From Pseudomonadota bacterium (GTDB taxonomy: Bacteria; Pseudomonadota; Gammaproteobacteria; Steroidobacterales; Steroidobacteraceae): 64,000 bases of DNA. Position 1 is the first letter of the stretch, and every line of letters starts with the position of its first letter. Below the pieces are notes generated by a model. It was not told the DNA's origin and ran no database searches. It saw only the letters and a program-made list of their open reading frames with translations. Shown here in pieces: positions 8,803-17,008 of this stretch. The position numbers and the translations under genes are program-made. The stretch covers positions 3,989-67,988 of the forward strand of contig JABBNZ010000009.1 in assembly GCA_019352035.1 (NCBI GenBank). The letters are read 5' to 3'.

Positions 8803-9558
8803 TCACCTGGATTCGGCGCGGTCGCGGCACGCGGCGCCGAAGGCCGCGAACATGGCGCGCGACAGCGGGTTCTCCATCACCTTCCACTCGGGATGCCACT
8901 GCACTGCGAGCGCGAACCGCGCCGCGCCCTCGACTCGGAATGCCTCGATCAACCCGTCGGTCGCACGCGCCTCCACCTTCAGCCCCGGGCCGAGACGCTC
9001 GATGCCCTGCCAATGGAGGGAGTTGACCTGTGCGCGGTGGATTCCCGCCAGCGAGCTGAGCACCCCTCCCGGCTCGAGGATGACCTCGTGCGCCGGTCCG
9101 TACTGCAGATCGAGCGGCTGGGTATCATCGTCCCGATGATCGAGATGCCCGGGAACCTCGTGAACGCGCTGATGGAGGCTGCCGCCGAATGCGACGTTGA
9201 CCTCCTGAAAGCCGCGGCAGATGCCGAGCACGGGTACCCCCGCCCGCACCGCCTTGCGGATGAGCGGCAGGGTAGTCGCATCGCGAGCAGGGTCGTGCAG
9301 CGTACCGGGGTGGCTCGGAGGCCCCTCGTAATGGCGCGGCTCGACATTCGACGGGCTACCGGTGAACAGGAGCCCGTCGAGGCGCTCCACCAGCTCATCC
9401 AGACGCAGCTCCTCGGCGAGCGCGGGGACGAGGAGCGGCAGCCCGTCGGCCGCATCCAGCACCGCCCGGGCATATTTCTCCCCCACCGCGTGGAACGGGT
9501 GCGGGCCGAGCATCCGCCGGTCTGCGGGAAGGCCAATGAGGGGGCGAGCCGGTGACAT
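8803..9558 (-). CDS. Gamma-glutamyl-gamma-aminobutyrate hydrolase family (class I glutamine amidotransferase, PuuD-like)
   Basis: Contains GICRGFQEVNVAFGG (nucleophile Cys) and QWHPEW, typical of peptidase C26/PuuD. Confidence 0.87.
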   Translation of the reverse strand: MSPARPLIGLPADRRMLGPHPFHAVGEKYARAVLDAADGLPLLVPALAEELRLDELVERLDGLLFTGSPSNVEPRHYEGPPSHPGTLHDPARDATTLPLIRKAVRAGVPVLGICRGFQEVNVAFGGSLHQRVHEVPGHLDHRDDDTQPLDLQYGPAHEVILEPGGVLSSLAGIHRAQVNSLHWQGIERLGPGLKVEARATDGLIEAFRVEGAARFALAVQWHPEWKVMENPLSRAMFAAFGAACRDRAESR

Positions 9559-9657
9559 GAGGGTGCAATTAGACCACAGGCAACCCCGCTCGCTATCCTC
9601 CCGCAGCTCCAGCCCATCATCGTTTTACATAATATTTAGTACCGAGGCCCCTCCCTA

Positions 9658-10923
9658 GTGCCCCCCCATGCCGCCTCGTATTACACCGCCTCCGCCGGTC
9701 CCGTCCCCCACCGGGCCGCACTCGCCGGCTCAGTCGAATGCGACGTTTGCGTGGTCGGCGGCGGCATCGCCGGATGCTCGGCGGCGCTGCACTTGGCCGA
9801 GCGGGGCTTCTCCGTGGTCCTCCTCGAGCAGCATCGGATCGGCTGGGGCGCCTCCGGCCGCAGCGGCGGCCAGGCACTCCCCGGCATCGCTTCAGGTCAA
9901 GCCAAGCTCCAAAGACTCATCGGTCGGACCGCGGCACGGGCCGTCTGGGACGTCTCCGTCGAGGGGCTCACGCTCATGCGCGGGCTCATTGCGCGCCACC
10001 GGATCGACTGCGACTGGGTCGAGGGCTCCATGCTGACGGCCGTGAAGCCGCGGCATGACCGGGAGCTGCGCCAGGAACTGGACGAGCTGCAGGAGAAGCT
10101 GGAATACCGCAGCGTGCGCTACATGCCGCGGGAAGAGGTTCAGGCGACGCTCGGCACCCGTCGATATCTCGGCGCGCTCCATGATTCCAACGGCGGGCAC
10201 CTCCATCCGCTCAACTACACGCTCGGCCTCGCCGCGGCAGCGGAGCGCGCCGGGGTGCGCCTCCACGAGGATACGCGGGCGCTCGGCTTCACATCCGCGC
10301 GCGTGCGCACGCCGGGCGGCGAGGTCCGTGCGCGCCACCTGGTCCTCTGCGGCAACGTGTATCTCGGCGACGCCGCCCCGGCCCTCGCCTCCAAGATCAT
10401 GGCTGTCGGCACTCACATCATCGCGACGGAGCCCCTCGGCAGGGACCGCGCGCGGGAGCTTATCGTCAACAACGCCGCCGTGAGCGACATGAACTGGGTG
10501 CTCGATTACTTCAGGCGATCGGCCGATCACCGCCTCCTCTTCGGCGGCCGGGTCAGCTACTCCGGGCTCGGCTCTTTCGAGGCCCCGGGCGCGACACGCG
10601 CGCGCATGCTCAAGGTCTTCCCGCAGCTCGCCGACGTCCGCGTGGAGTACTCGTGGGGCGGCCACGTCGACATCACGCTCAATCGCGCGCCGCACTTCGG
10701 GCGGCTGCTGCCGACCGTCTATTTCCTGCAGGGATTCTCGGGACACGGCATCGCCCTCGCCGGGATTGCCGGCAAACTGGCGGCCGAGGCGATCGCCGGT
10801 CAGGCGGAGCGATTCGATGTGTTCGCGCGCATCCCGCACCAGGATTTCCCGGGCGGTGCGATCCTGCGAAGGCCGGCGCTGGTGCTCGCGATGTTGTATT
10901 ACCGGCTGAGAGACCTGCTATAG
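9658..10923 (+). CDS. FAD-dependent oxidoreductase (gamma-glutamylputrescine oxidase PuuB-like)
   Basis: SYYTASA...CDVCVVGGGIAGCSAALHLAERG...GASGRSGGQ closely parallels the E. coli PuuB N-terminus. It has a GTG start and an AT-rich divergent promoter region at 9620-9645. Confidence 0.86.
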   Translation: MPPHAASYYTASAGPVPHRAALAGSVECDVCVVGGGIAGCSAALHLAERGFSVVLLEQHRIGWGASGRSGGQALPGIASGQAKLQRLIGRTAARAVWDVSVEGLTLMRGLIARHRIDCDWVEGSMLTAVKPRHDRELRQELDELQEKLEYRSVRYMPREEVQATLGTRRYLGALHDSNGGHLHPLNYTLGLAAAAERAGVRLHEDTRALGFTSARVRTPGGEVRARHLVLCGNVYLGDAAPALASKIMAVGTHIIATEPLGRDRARELIVNNAAVSDMNWVLDYFRRSADHRLLFGGRVSYSGLGSFEAPGATRARMLKVFPQLADVRVEYSWGGHVDITLNRAPHFGRLLPTVYFLQGFSGHGIALAGIAGKLAAEAIAGQAERFDVFARIPHQDFPGGAILRRPALVLAMLYYRLRDLL

Positions 10924-11943
10924 AAGCTCGGCGATCTGCACGGCATTCAGGGCGGCACCTTTCAATAACTGATCGCCGGCGACGAAGAGCGCGATCGAGC
11001 GGCCGCTGGGGTCGCTGATGTCGCGGCGGATGCGCCCGACGAGGATCGCGTCCTGGCCGGAGGCGTCCTTCGGCATCGGGAAGTAGTTGCGCTGCGGGTC
11101 ATCGACCAGCTTCACGCCGGGGGCGGTCTGCAAGATCTCGCGCACCTGCTCGGGGGTGATGGGGCGCTCGCATTCGAAGTTGATGGCGATCGAGTGGGCA
11201 CGCAGCACCGGCACGCGTACGCAGGTCGCGGCGATGCGGATGGAGTCGTCCCCGAAGATCCTGTGGGTCTCGCGCACGACCTTGGTCTCCTCCTCGTTGT
11301 AGCCTGTCTGCGGGTCGACCTTGGCGTTGTGGCTGAAGAGGTTGAAGGCGTACGGATGCGGCAGCACCCGGTTCTCGTAGGGCTTGCCCTCGAGATAGGC
11401 CCGGGTCGACTCGCGCAGCTCCTCCATGGCGGCGGCACCGGCGCCGGAGGCGGCCTGGTAGGTGGAGAGGATCATCCGGCGCACGGGGTTGGTGCGATGC
11501 ACGGGCCAGAGCGGCGTGATGGCGATGATGGTCGAGCAGTTGGGGTTGGCGATGATGCCGCGGTGCCCGCGCACCGCCTCCGGGTTGATCTCCGGCACGA
11601 CGAGCGGCACCGACGGATCCATGCGGAAGGCGGAGGAGTTGTCCACGACCGCCGCCCCCTGCTCCACGGCGAGCGGCCCGAACTGCTTGGAGGTGCCGCC
11701 GCCGGCCGAGAAGAGCGCGATGTCCACGCCGCGGAAGCTGTCCTCCTGCAGCTCGCGCACGGGCAGCGGCCGGCCCTTGAAGGGCAGCGTCCGGCCCGCG
11801 GAGCGCGCGGAAGCGAAAAGCCGCAGCTCCGACAACGGGAAACGCCTCTCCTCGAGGCAGCGGATGAGCTCGATACCGACGGCGCCGGTGGCGCCGACGA
11901 TCGCGACCACCGGCGCCGAGCCGGCTGAACGACCTGACTGCAT
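10918..11943 (-). CDS. asd: Aspartate-semialdehyde dehydrogenase
   Basis: Contains VAIVGATGAVG, IIANPNCSTI (active-site Cys) and a C-terminal GDQLLKGAALNAVQIAE. The start is at MQSGRS (ATG 11943). Confidence 0.93.
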   Translation of the reverse strand: MQSGRSAGSAPVVAIVGATGAVGIELIRCLEERRFPLSELRLFASARSAGRTLPFKGRPLPVRELQEDSFRGVDIALFSAGGGTSKQFGPLAVEQGAAVVDNSSAFRMDPSVPLVVPEINPEAVRGHRGIIANPNCSTIIAITPLWPVHRTNPVRRMILSTYQAASGAGAAAMEELRESTRAYLEGKPYENRVLPHPYAFNLFSHNAKVDPQTGYNEEETKVVRETHRIFGDDSIRIAATCVRVPVLRAHSIAINFECERPITPEQVREILQTAPGVKLVDDPQRNYFPMPKDASGQDAILVGRIRRDISDPSGRSIALFVAGDQLLKGAALNAVQIAELL

Positions 11944-11963
11944 GGCGGGACTCCACAACGAAC

Positions 11964-11994
11964 GAGGCCCCGACGGCTGTGCCGGCGGGGCCTC
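11964..11994 (-). terminator. Hairpin in the asd 5' leader (candidate attenuator terminator)
   Basis: On the minus strand the sequence is GAGGCCCCGCCGGCACAGCCGTCGGGGCCTC (9+4 bp stem), followed by GUUCGUUGU. It lies 21 nt upstream of the asd ATG. Confidence 0.6.
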
Positions 11995-12020
11995 TGGTTG
12001 ACTCGCGTTTTTCCGGCTGC

Positions 12021-12101
12021 TCAGGCGCGCGCGAGATCCACCAGAGCCCCGCCTCGGGGCTTCTTCAGGGTGATCTTGCGCGTTTTGATCTGCCGGGTCA
12101 T
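12021..12101 (-). CDS. Candidate 26-aa leader peptide MTRQIKTRKITLKKPRGGALVDLARA
   Basis: This ORF is absent from the track because it is under 60 aa. 9 of the first 14 codons are Thr/Ile/Lys. There is no SD, but the ATG sits 9 nt after a TTTACA-N17-TACGTT promoter-like element (12139-12111), so the transcript may be leaderless. Confidence 0.4.
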   Translation of the reverse strand: MTRQIKTRKITLKKPRGGALVDLARA

Positions 12102-12160
12102 AACGGATCGAACGTACCGGAAGCGTGGCCTGGTGTAAAGGGCTTTCCGCCCCTGCGCGG

Positions 12161-14341
12161 TCAGGCCAGCCGGATCTCGAAACAGCGATGGATCCGCGGG
12201 TTGCGCTCGAAATCGCGCGGCAGCGTGACGGCCGAGATGTCACGGATCACATGGCGCTCCTGCAGCGCGGGGTCCAGCCGGAAGCGCTGGGCGTTGGTGG
12301 AGAAGACGAGCAGGCCGCCGGGTGCCAGCAGGCTGACGCAAGACTCGATGAGAGCGGCGTGGTCCCGCTCGACGTCGAGCACTCCCTGCATGCGCTTGGA
12401 ATTGGAGAAGGTCGGCGGGTCGAGGAAAATGAGATCGTACCGCTCGCGCGTGCGGGCGCCGTCCCGCAGCCACTCCAGGCAGTCGGCCTGAATGTACTCG
12501 TGCAGCCGCGCGTCGGTGAGGCCGGCGTTGAGCCCGAGATTGCGCTGCGCCCAGTCGAGATACGTCCGCGACATGTCGACGGAAGTGGTCGCGGCCGCGC
12601 CGCCCGCGGCCGCATGCACCGTCGCAGTTCCGGTGTAGGCGAAGAGATTCAGGAAGCGGCGTCCGGCAGCCGCTTCGCGCAAACGCACGCGGGTGATCCG
12701 GTGGTCGAGAAACAGACCCGTGTCGAGATAGTCGTCGAAATTCACCAGGAACCGCAGCCCGTGCTCGAGCACCGTGTGAAAGCGCCCCTGCTCCCCCACC
12801 TTCCCGTACTGCTCGCCGCGATGGGTGCGGCGGCGGGTACGCACCTTGATCCGCTCCGCCGGGATTCCCGTGACGCCGGGCAGAGCCGCCAGCGCCTCGC
12901 TGCGGCGCCGGCGCACCGCCTCGACCTCGATCTCGGCCGGCGCGGCGTACTCCTGCACGTAGAGCCAGCTCTCCTGCGGCTCGACCGTGCGATACAGATC
13001 GATCGCGAAGGCGTACTCCGGCATGTCGGCATCGTACAGGCGGTAACACGACACGCCGGCCCTGTCGGCCCAACTGCGCAGACGCTTGAGATTCTTGGCC
13101 AGGCGATTGGCGAACATGCGCGCGCCCGGCGCCTCGCGCAGGGACGAGTCCTCCCGACCCAGGGTACCGGGCCGCCGCAGGCTCGAGGGCTCCACGGTCA
13201 TGCGCAGCAATCGGCATTCGATGGCGCCGTTCCACAGGGCGTGAGTACGAGCCGCGCGGATGCCGAGCTCCATGCCGAGCTGGGGAGTACCCGTGAGCAC
13301 GGCTGCCTGCCAACCGCTGAAGCGCTCGCGCAGCACCTCGCCGAGCTCGCGGTGCACGGAGCGCGCCGCCTCCACGTCATCCAGCCGGACTCCGTATGGC
13401 GGGTTGGTACAGAGGAGCCCGGGGCCGCCTGGCCGGGCCGGCGCCGACTGCGACAGCGGGCGCGCCTCGAACTGCACCCAGCCGGCGAGGCCGGCACGCT
13501 GCGCGTTCGCGCGCGCATCCCTCACCGCGGCCGGATCGCGATCCTGCCCCCGGATCAGCGAGGTCGGCTGCGCGCTCGCCAGGCATCGGGCCTGCGCCTC
13601 CTCGCGCAGGCGCCTCCACAGCGCCTCATCGTGCCCCCGCCAGCCGAGAAAGCCGAAGTACTCGCGCCGCAACGCCGGCGCACAGCGCGCGGCGATCAGG
13701 GCCGCCTCGATGACCAGGGTGCCGGAGCCGCACATCGGATCCAGGAACTCGGCACCGGCGGCGGCGAGCTCCGGCCAGCCGCTGCGCACCAGCACGCCGG
13801 CCGCGACGTTCTCCTTCAGCGGCGCTTCGCCGGCGGCGGCGCGGTAGCCGCGGCGATGCAGACTCTCGCCGGAGAGATCGAGCGACAGGGTGACCTGCGT
13901 CCCATGGGCATGGGCATGCACGCGCACACTCGGCCGGTCCAACACGATGTCGGGTCGTGCGCCGCTCTCATCCCGAAGCGCATCCACGATCGCATCCTTG
14001 AGCTTCAGCGCGCCAAAGTGGCTGTGCGTGATCGTGGGATGCTTGCCGCTGAAATCGCATGCGAGCGTTGCGTGAGGTCCGAGGTGCCGCGGCCACTCGA
14101 CCTCCCGGGCGGCGCCGTAGAAGGCTTCCGCGCTCTGCGCCTCGAACCGGGCGATCTCGAGAAAGACGCGGTTGGCGAGCCGCGACTCGAGGCAGGTGCG
14201 ATACGCGGCCTCGAGCGTGCCGGTGAACGCCACCCCCGTCGTGCGCTCACGGACTTCAGCCGCGCCGAGCGCCGTCACCTCCTTCGCGAGGAGGTCGGCC
14301 AGCCCGCGCGGCACGCTGGCCAGGAACTGATGGGAACTCAC
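12161..14341 (-). CDS. rlmL: Bifunctional 23S rRNA m2G2445/m7G2069 methyltransferase
   Basis: 726-aa ORF with THUMP plus two methyltransferase regions (DPMCGSGT, TNPPYG, FLDPPTFSNSK), resembling RlmKL/YcbY. Confidence 0.9.
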   Translation of the reverse strand: MSSHQFLASVPRGLADLLAKEVTALGAAEVRERTTGVAFTGTLEAAYRTCLESRLANRVFLEIARFEAQSAEAFYGAAREVEWPRHLGPHATLACDFSGKHPTITHSHFGALKLKDAIVDALRDESGARPDIVLDRPSVRVHAHAHGTQVTLSLDLSGESLHRRGYRAAAGEAPLKENVAAGVLVRSGWPELAAAGAEFLDPMCGSGTLVIEAALIAARCAPALRREYFGFLGWRGHDEALWRRLREEAQARCLASAQPTSLIRGQDRDPAAVRDARANAQRAGLAGWVQFEARPLSQSAPARPGGPGLLCTNPPYGVRLDDVEAARSVHRELGEVLRERFSGWQAAVLTGTPQLGMELGIRAARTHALWNGAIECRLLRMTVEPSSLRRPGTLGREDSSLREAPGARMFANRLAKNLKRLRSWADRAGVSCYRLYDADMPEYAFAIDLYRTVEPQESWLYVQEYAAPAEIEVEAVRRRRSEALAALPGVTGIPAERIKVRTRRRTHRGEQYGKVGEQGRFHTVLEHGLRFLVNFDDYLDTGLFLDHRITRVRLREAAAGRRFLNLFAYTGTATVHAAAGGAAATTSVDMSRTYLDWAQRNLGLNAGLTDARLHEYIQADCLEWLRDGARTRERYDLIFLDPPTFSNSKRMQGVLDVERDHAALIESCVSLLAPGGLLVFSTNAQRFRLDPALQERHVIRDISAVTLPRDFERNPRIHRCFEIRLA

Positions 14342-14448
14342 GCGGCGCGTCTCGCGCCGGGCGAGGGATCGCCGTGGTTTGTCTCCCCGTGTGGCATTTC
14401 CTTATGATAAGGCGCTCCCCCGCCCCGCAGCCACCCCGCGAGCACCCC

Positions 14449-15783
14449 ATGGCCCACTCCGACAGCCTTTCCCGCGACGCCGACCTCGATGCGTTCTGGA
14501 TGCCTTTCACGGCCAACCGCCAGTTCAAGGCGAAGCCGCGCCTGCTGGCCCGGGCGAGCGGCATGCACTACTTCACGCCCGAGGGCCGGCAGATTCTCGA
14601 TGGCGTCGCGGGGCTCTGGTGCGTGAACGCCGGCCATGGCCGCAGCGAGATCACCGAAGCGGTCGCGCGCCAGCTCGGGACCCTGGACTTCGCGCCGACC
14701 TTCCAGATGGCCCATCCGTCCGCGTTCGAGCTCGCCACGGCGCTCGCGCGCATCGCCCCGCCCGGCCTCGATCGCATCTTCTTCACCAACTCGGGCTCGG
14801 AGTCGGTCGATACCGCGCTCAAGATCGCGCTCGCCTACCATCGGGCGCGCGGCGATGCCGCGCGCACCAAGCTCATCGGCCGGGAACGCGCCTACCACGG
14901 AGTGGGGTTCGGCGGCATCTCCGTCGGCGGGATCGGCAGCAACCGCAAGACGTGGTCGGCCTCGCTCCTGCCGGGAGTCGATCACCTGGCGCACACGCAC
15001 GATTTGAAGCGCAATGCGTTCTCGCGCGGCCAGCCTGCCCACGGCGCGGAGCTGGCCGAGGAGCTGGAGCGGCGGGTGGCGCTGCACGATCCCTCGACGA
15101 TCGCCGCGGTGATCGTGGAGCCGATCGCGGGCTCGACCGGAGTGCTGATCCCGCCCCGCGGCTACCTGGAGCGCCTGCGCCAGATCTGCGACCGCCACGG
15201 CATCCTCCTCATCTTCGACGAGGTGATCACGGGCTTCGGGCGTGTCGGGGCACCCTTCGCCGCGCAGGAATTCGGCGTGACACCGGACATCATGACGACC
15301 GCGAAGGGTCTGACGAACGGCGCGGTCCCGATGGGCGCCGTGCTGGCGAAGCGGTCCATTCACGACGCCTTCATGCAGGGTCCGGAAGGGACGATCGAGC
15401 TCTTCCACGGGTACACGTATTCCGCGCACCCGACGGCCTGCGCCGCCGCGCTCGCCACGCTCGGGATCTATGCGCGCGAAGGGCTGCTGACACGAGCGAA
15501 ATCGCTCGCTCAGTACTGGGAGGATGCCGCGCACTCGCTGCGCGGACTGCCGCACGTGATCGACGTGCGCAACTACGGGCTGATCCTCGGCCTGGAGCTG
15601 GAGCCGGCCGCCGGCCGGCCCGGCGCCCGCGGATACGCGATCTATCTCGATTGCTTCGAGCGCGGTCTGCTCGTGCGCCAGAGCGGCGACATCATCGCAC
15701 TCTCACCGCCGCTCGTCGTCGAGCGCCCGCACATCGATCAGATGTTCGGAACGCTCGCCGAGGCGCTGCGCAATCAGCGGTGA
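14449..15783 (+). CDS. Class III aminotransferase (omega-amino acid/beta-alanine-pyruvate transaminase-like)
   Basis: Contains FWMPFTANRQFKAKPR, GLWCVNAGHGR and IFDEVITGFGR...TTAKGLTNG. The start is at MAHSDSL (ATG 14449). Confidence 0.88.
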   Translation: MAHSDSLSRDADLDAFWMPFTANRQFKAKPRLLARASGMHYFTPEGRQILDGVAGLWCVNAGHGRSEITEAVARQLGTLDFAPTFQMAHPSAFELATALARIAPPGLDRIFFTNSGSESVDTALKIALAYHRARGDAARTKLIGRERAYHGVGFGGISVGGIGSNRKTWSASLLPGVDHLAHTHDLKRNAFSRGQPAHGAELAEELERRVALHDPSTIAAVIVEPIAGSTGVLIPPRGYLERLRQICDRHGILLIFDEVITGFGRVGAPFAAQEFGVTPDIMTTAKGLTNGAVPMGAVLAKRSIHDAFMQGPEGTIELFHGYTYSAHPTACAAALATLGIYAREGLLTRAKSLAQYWEDAAHSLRGLPHVIDVRNYGLILGLELEPAAGRPGARGYAIYLDCFERGLLVRQSGDIIALSPPLVVERPHIDQMFGTLAEALRNQR

Positions 15784-15911
15784 CGGTGGTGCCTGCGGTG
15801 CACCAGCGTCATCCACGCCGCGGTGGCGACGACGACCAGGCTGCCAAGCAGCAGCCCCATGTCGAAAGTCGAGATGGCCCGGGTCGATTCGATCGTGACG
15901 GTCGGCAACAT
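15774..15911 (-). CDS. Possible 45-aa single-TM miniprotein with a His/Arg-rich tail
   Basis: GGAGAAATGTC precedes the ATG. The sequence is MLPTVTIESTRAISTFDMGLLLGSLVVVATAAWMTLVHRRHHRHR. I recognise no homology. Confidence 0.25.
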   Translation of the reverse strand: MLPTVTIESTRAISTFDMGLLLGSLVVVATAAWMTLVHRRHHRHR

Positions 15912-16037
15912 GACATTTCTCCGTGGCAGCGGAGCTTCGCTCGTGGTACAGGCTGCCAGCCTCGCCGGGCAGAGTGAAGCGGCGGCGCGCCGTTCTGCGA
16001 TGCGCTTCACCCTGCCCGTAAGTTATGTTTCATCTGC

Positions 16038-16883
16038 TCATGAGCCGGGTGTGACCGGTGTCGCATCCGCCACCTCGGGCGCCGGCGCCTCGGCCGCCCG
16101 GGCCACGGCAGCCGCCCCCTCCAACCGCACCGTCACGCGCCTGTCGAACGCGTAGGCGTCGAGGTCCTCCTCGGGGCCCGTCTCCCGCGCCGCGCCGTGC
16201 CCTTCGATCACCAGGCGGTCCAGCGGGCAGCCCGCCCTCTCCAACGCCAGGGCAACGGACTGCGCGCGCTGCACCGAGAGGTCGTCGTTGAATGTCGCCG
16301 GACCCCTGGGATCGGCATAGCCGTCGATCCGCACGCTCGCCCCGGGCGGCAGCGATGCGGCGAGCGCCCCGATCTTGCGCAGCGCCGGGCGCTGCAGCCT
16401 GTTGATGGAGGCATCGCCCGTCCTGAACATCACATCGGTCTCGATGTCATCCGACAACTGCACCGTGCGGTCGAGCTCGGCGCGCCGGGCGTCGACCGCC
16501 GCGAGCGAGTGGTTGAGGAGGTGGAGCTTCCCCGCCAGTCCCTCGCGTTCCCGCTCGCTGCTGCCGAGGCTCGCCGTCAGCGCCGAGTTCTGCGCCGCGA
16601 GGTCCTGATTGCGGGCCGCGAGCGCTTGGTTGGCGAGGAGCTGCCGGTGATAGTGATGCCCCAGCAGCGCGCCGGCCACGATGCCTACCATCGCGCCGAT
16701 CGGACCGCCCGCCGCCGCGCCGACCGCGGCCCCCGTGAATACGCCGATATTCTCCTGTTTGGACGCAGGTTGCCGCGCGTGGGCAACCGTCGGGGCGGCG
16801 GACGCCGGCAAAGCGGCGAGGGTCATCGCGGCGACCGTGACACCTACCGTTCCCACACGGATCTTGTTGCTCAGAATGCTCAT
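16038..16883 (-). CDS. OmpA-family protein with glycine-zipper and coiled-coil regions
   Basis: It has a signal peptide, GAAVGAAAGGPIGAMVGIVAGALLG, and a C-terminal OmpA-like domain (IDGYADPRGPATFNDDLSVQRAQSVALAL). GAGAGGG lies upstream of ATG 16883. Confidence 0.82.
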   Translation of the reverse strand: MSILSNKIRVGTVGVTVAAMTLAALPASAAPTVAHARQPASKQENIGVFTGAAVGAAAGGPIGAMVGIVAGALLGHHYHRQLLANQALAARNQDLAAQNSALTASLGSSEREREGLAGKLHLLNHSLAAVDARRAELDRTVQLSDDIETDVMFRTGDASINRLQRPALRKIGALAASLPPGASVRIDGYADPRGPATFNDDLSVQRAQSVALALERAGCPLDRLVIEGHGAARETGPEEDLDAYAFDRRVTVRLEGAAAVARAAEAPAPEVADATPVTPGS

Positions 16884-17008
16884 GTACTGGCCCTCTCGAT
16901 TTGATGCGGCGCGTCGCGCCGTCGAGGACCAGTACACGGGATGGGAGGGCGCCGCTCATGACACAAACCGGCCAGCGCGCTGACGCTTAATGGCGAATGA
17001 TGGCAGCG

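Noticed and set aside
6554-9139. An 861-aa ORF on the plus strand spanning ppgK, the GS-like gene and the PuuD-like gene.
   Set aside because: It is antisense to three genes with clear family motifs. Its translation is Arg/Gly/Ala/His/Pro-rich and low in complexity. This is the expected stop-codon-poor antisense frame of a high-GC genome.
9661-9667. A C7 run at the very start of the PuuB-like gene, with a nearby out-of-frame ATG (9668). I considered it as a slippage switch that could change the start codon.
   Set aside because: The ATG's frame relative to the downstream coding sequence does not depend on the tract length. Slippage therefore cannot bring it into the puuB frame.
12125-14407. 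A 760-aa plus-strand ORF.
   Set aside because: It is antisense to rlmL, which has unambiguous methyltransferase motifs. Same high-GC artefact.
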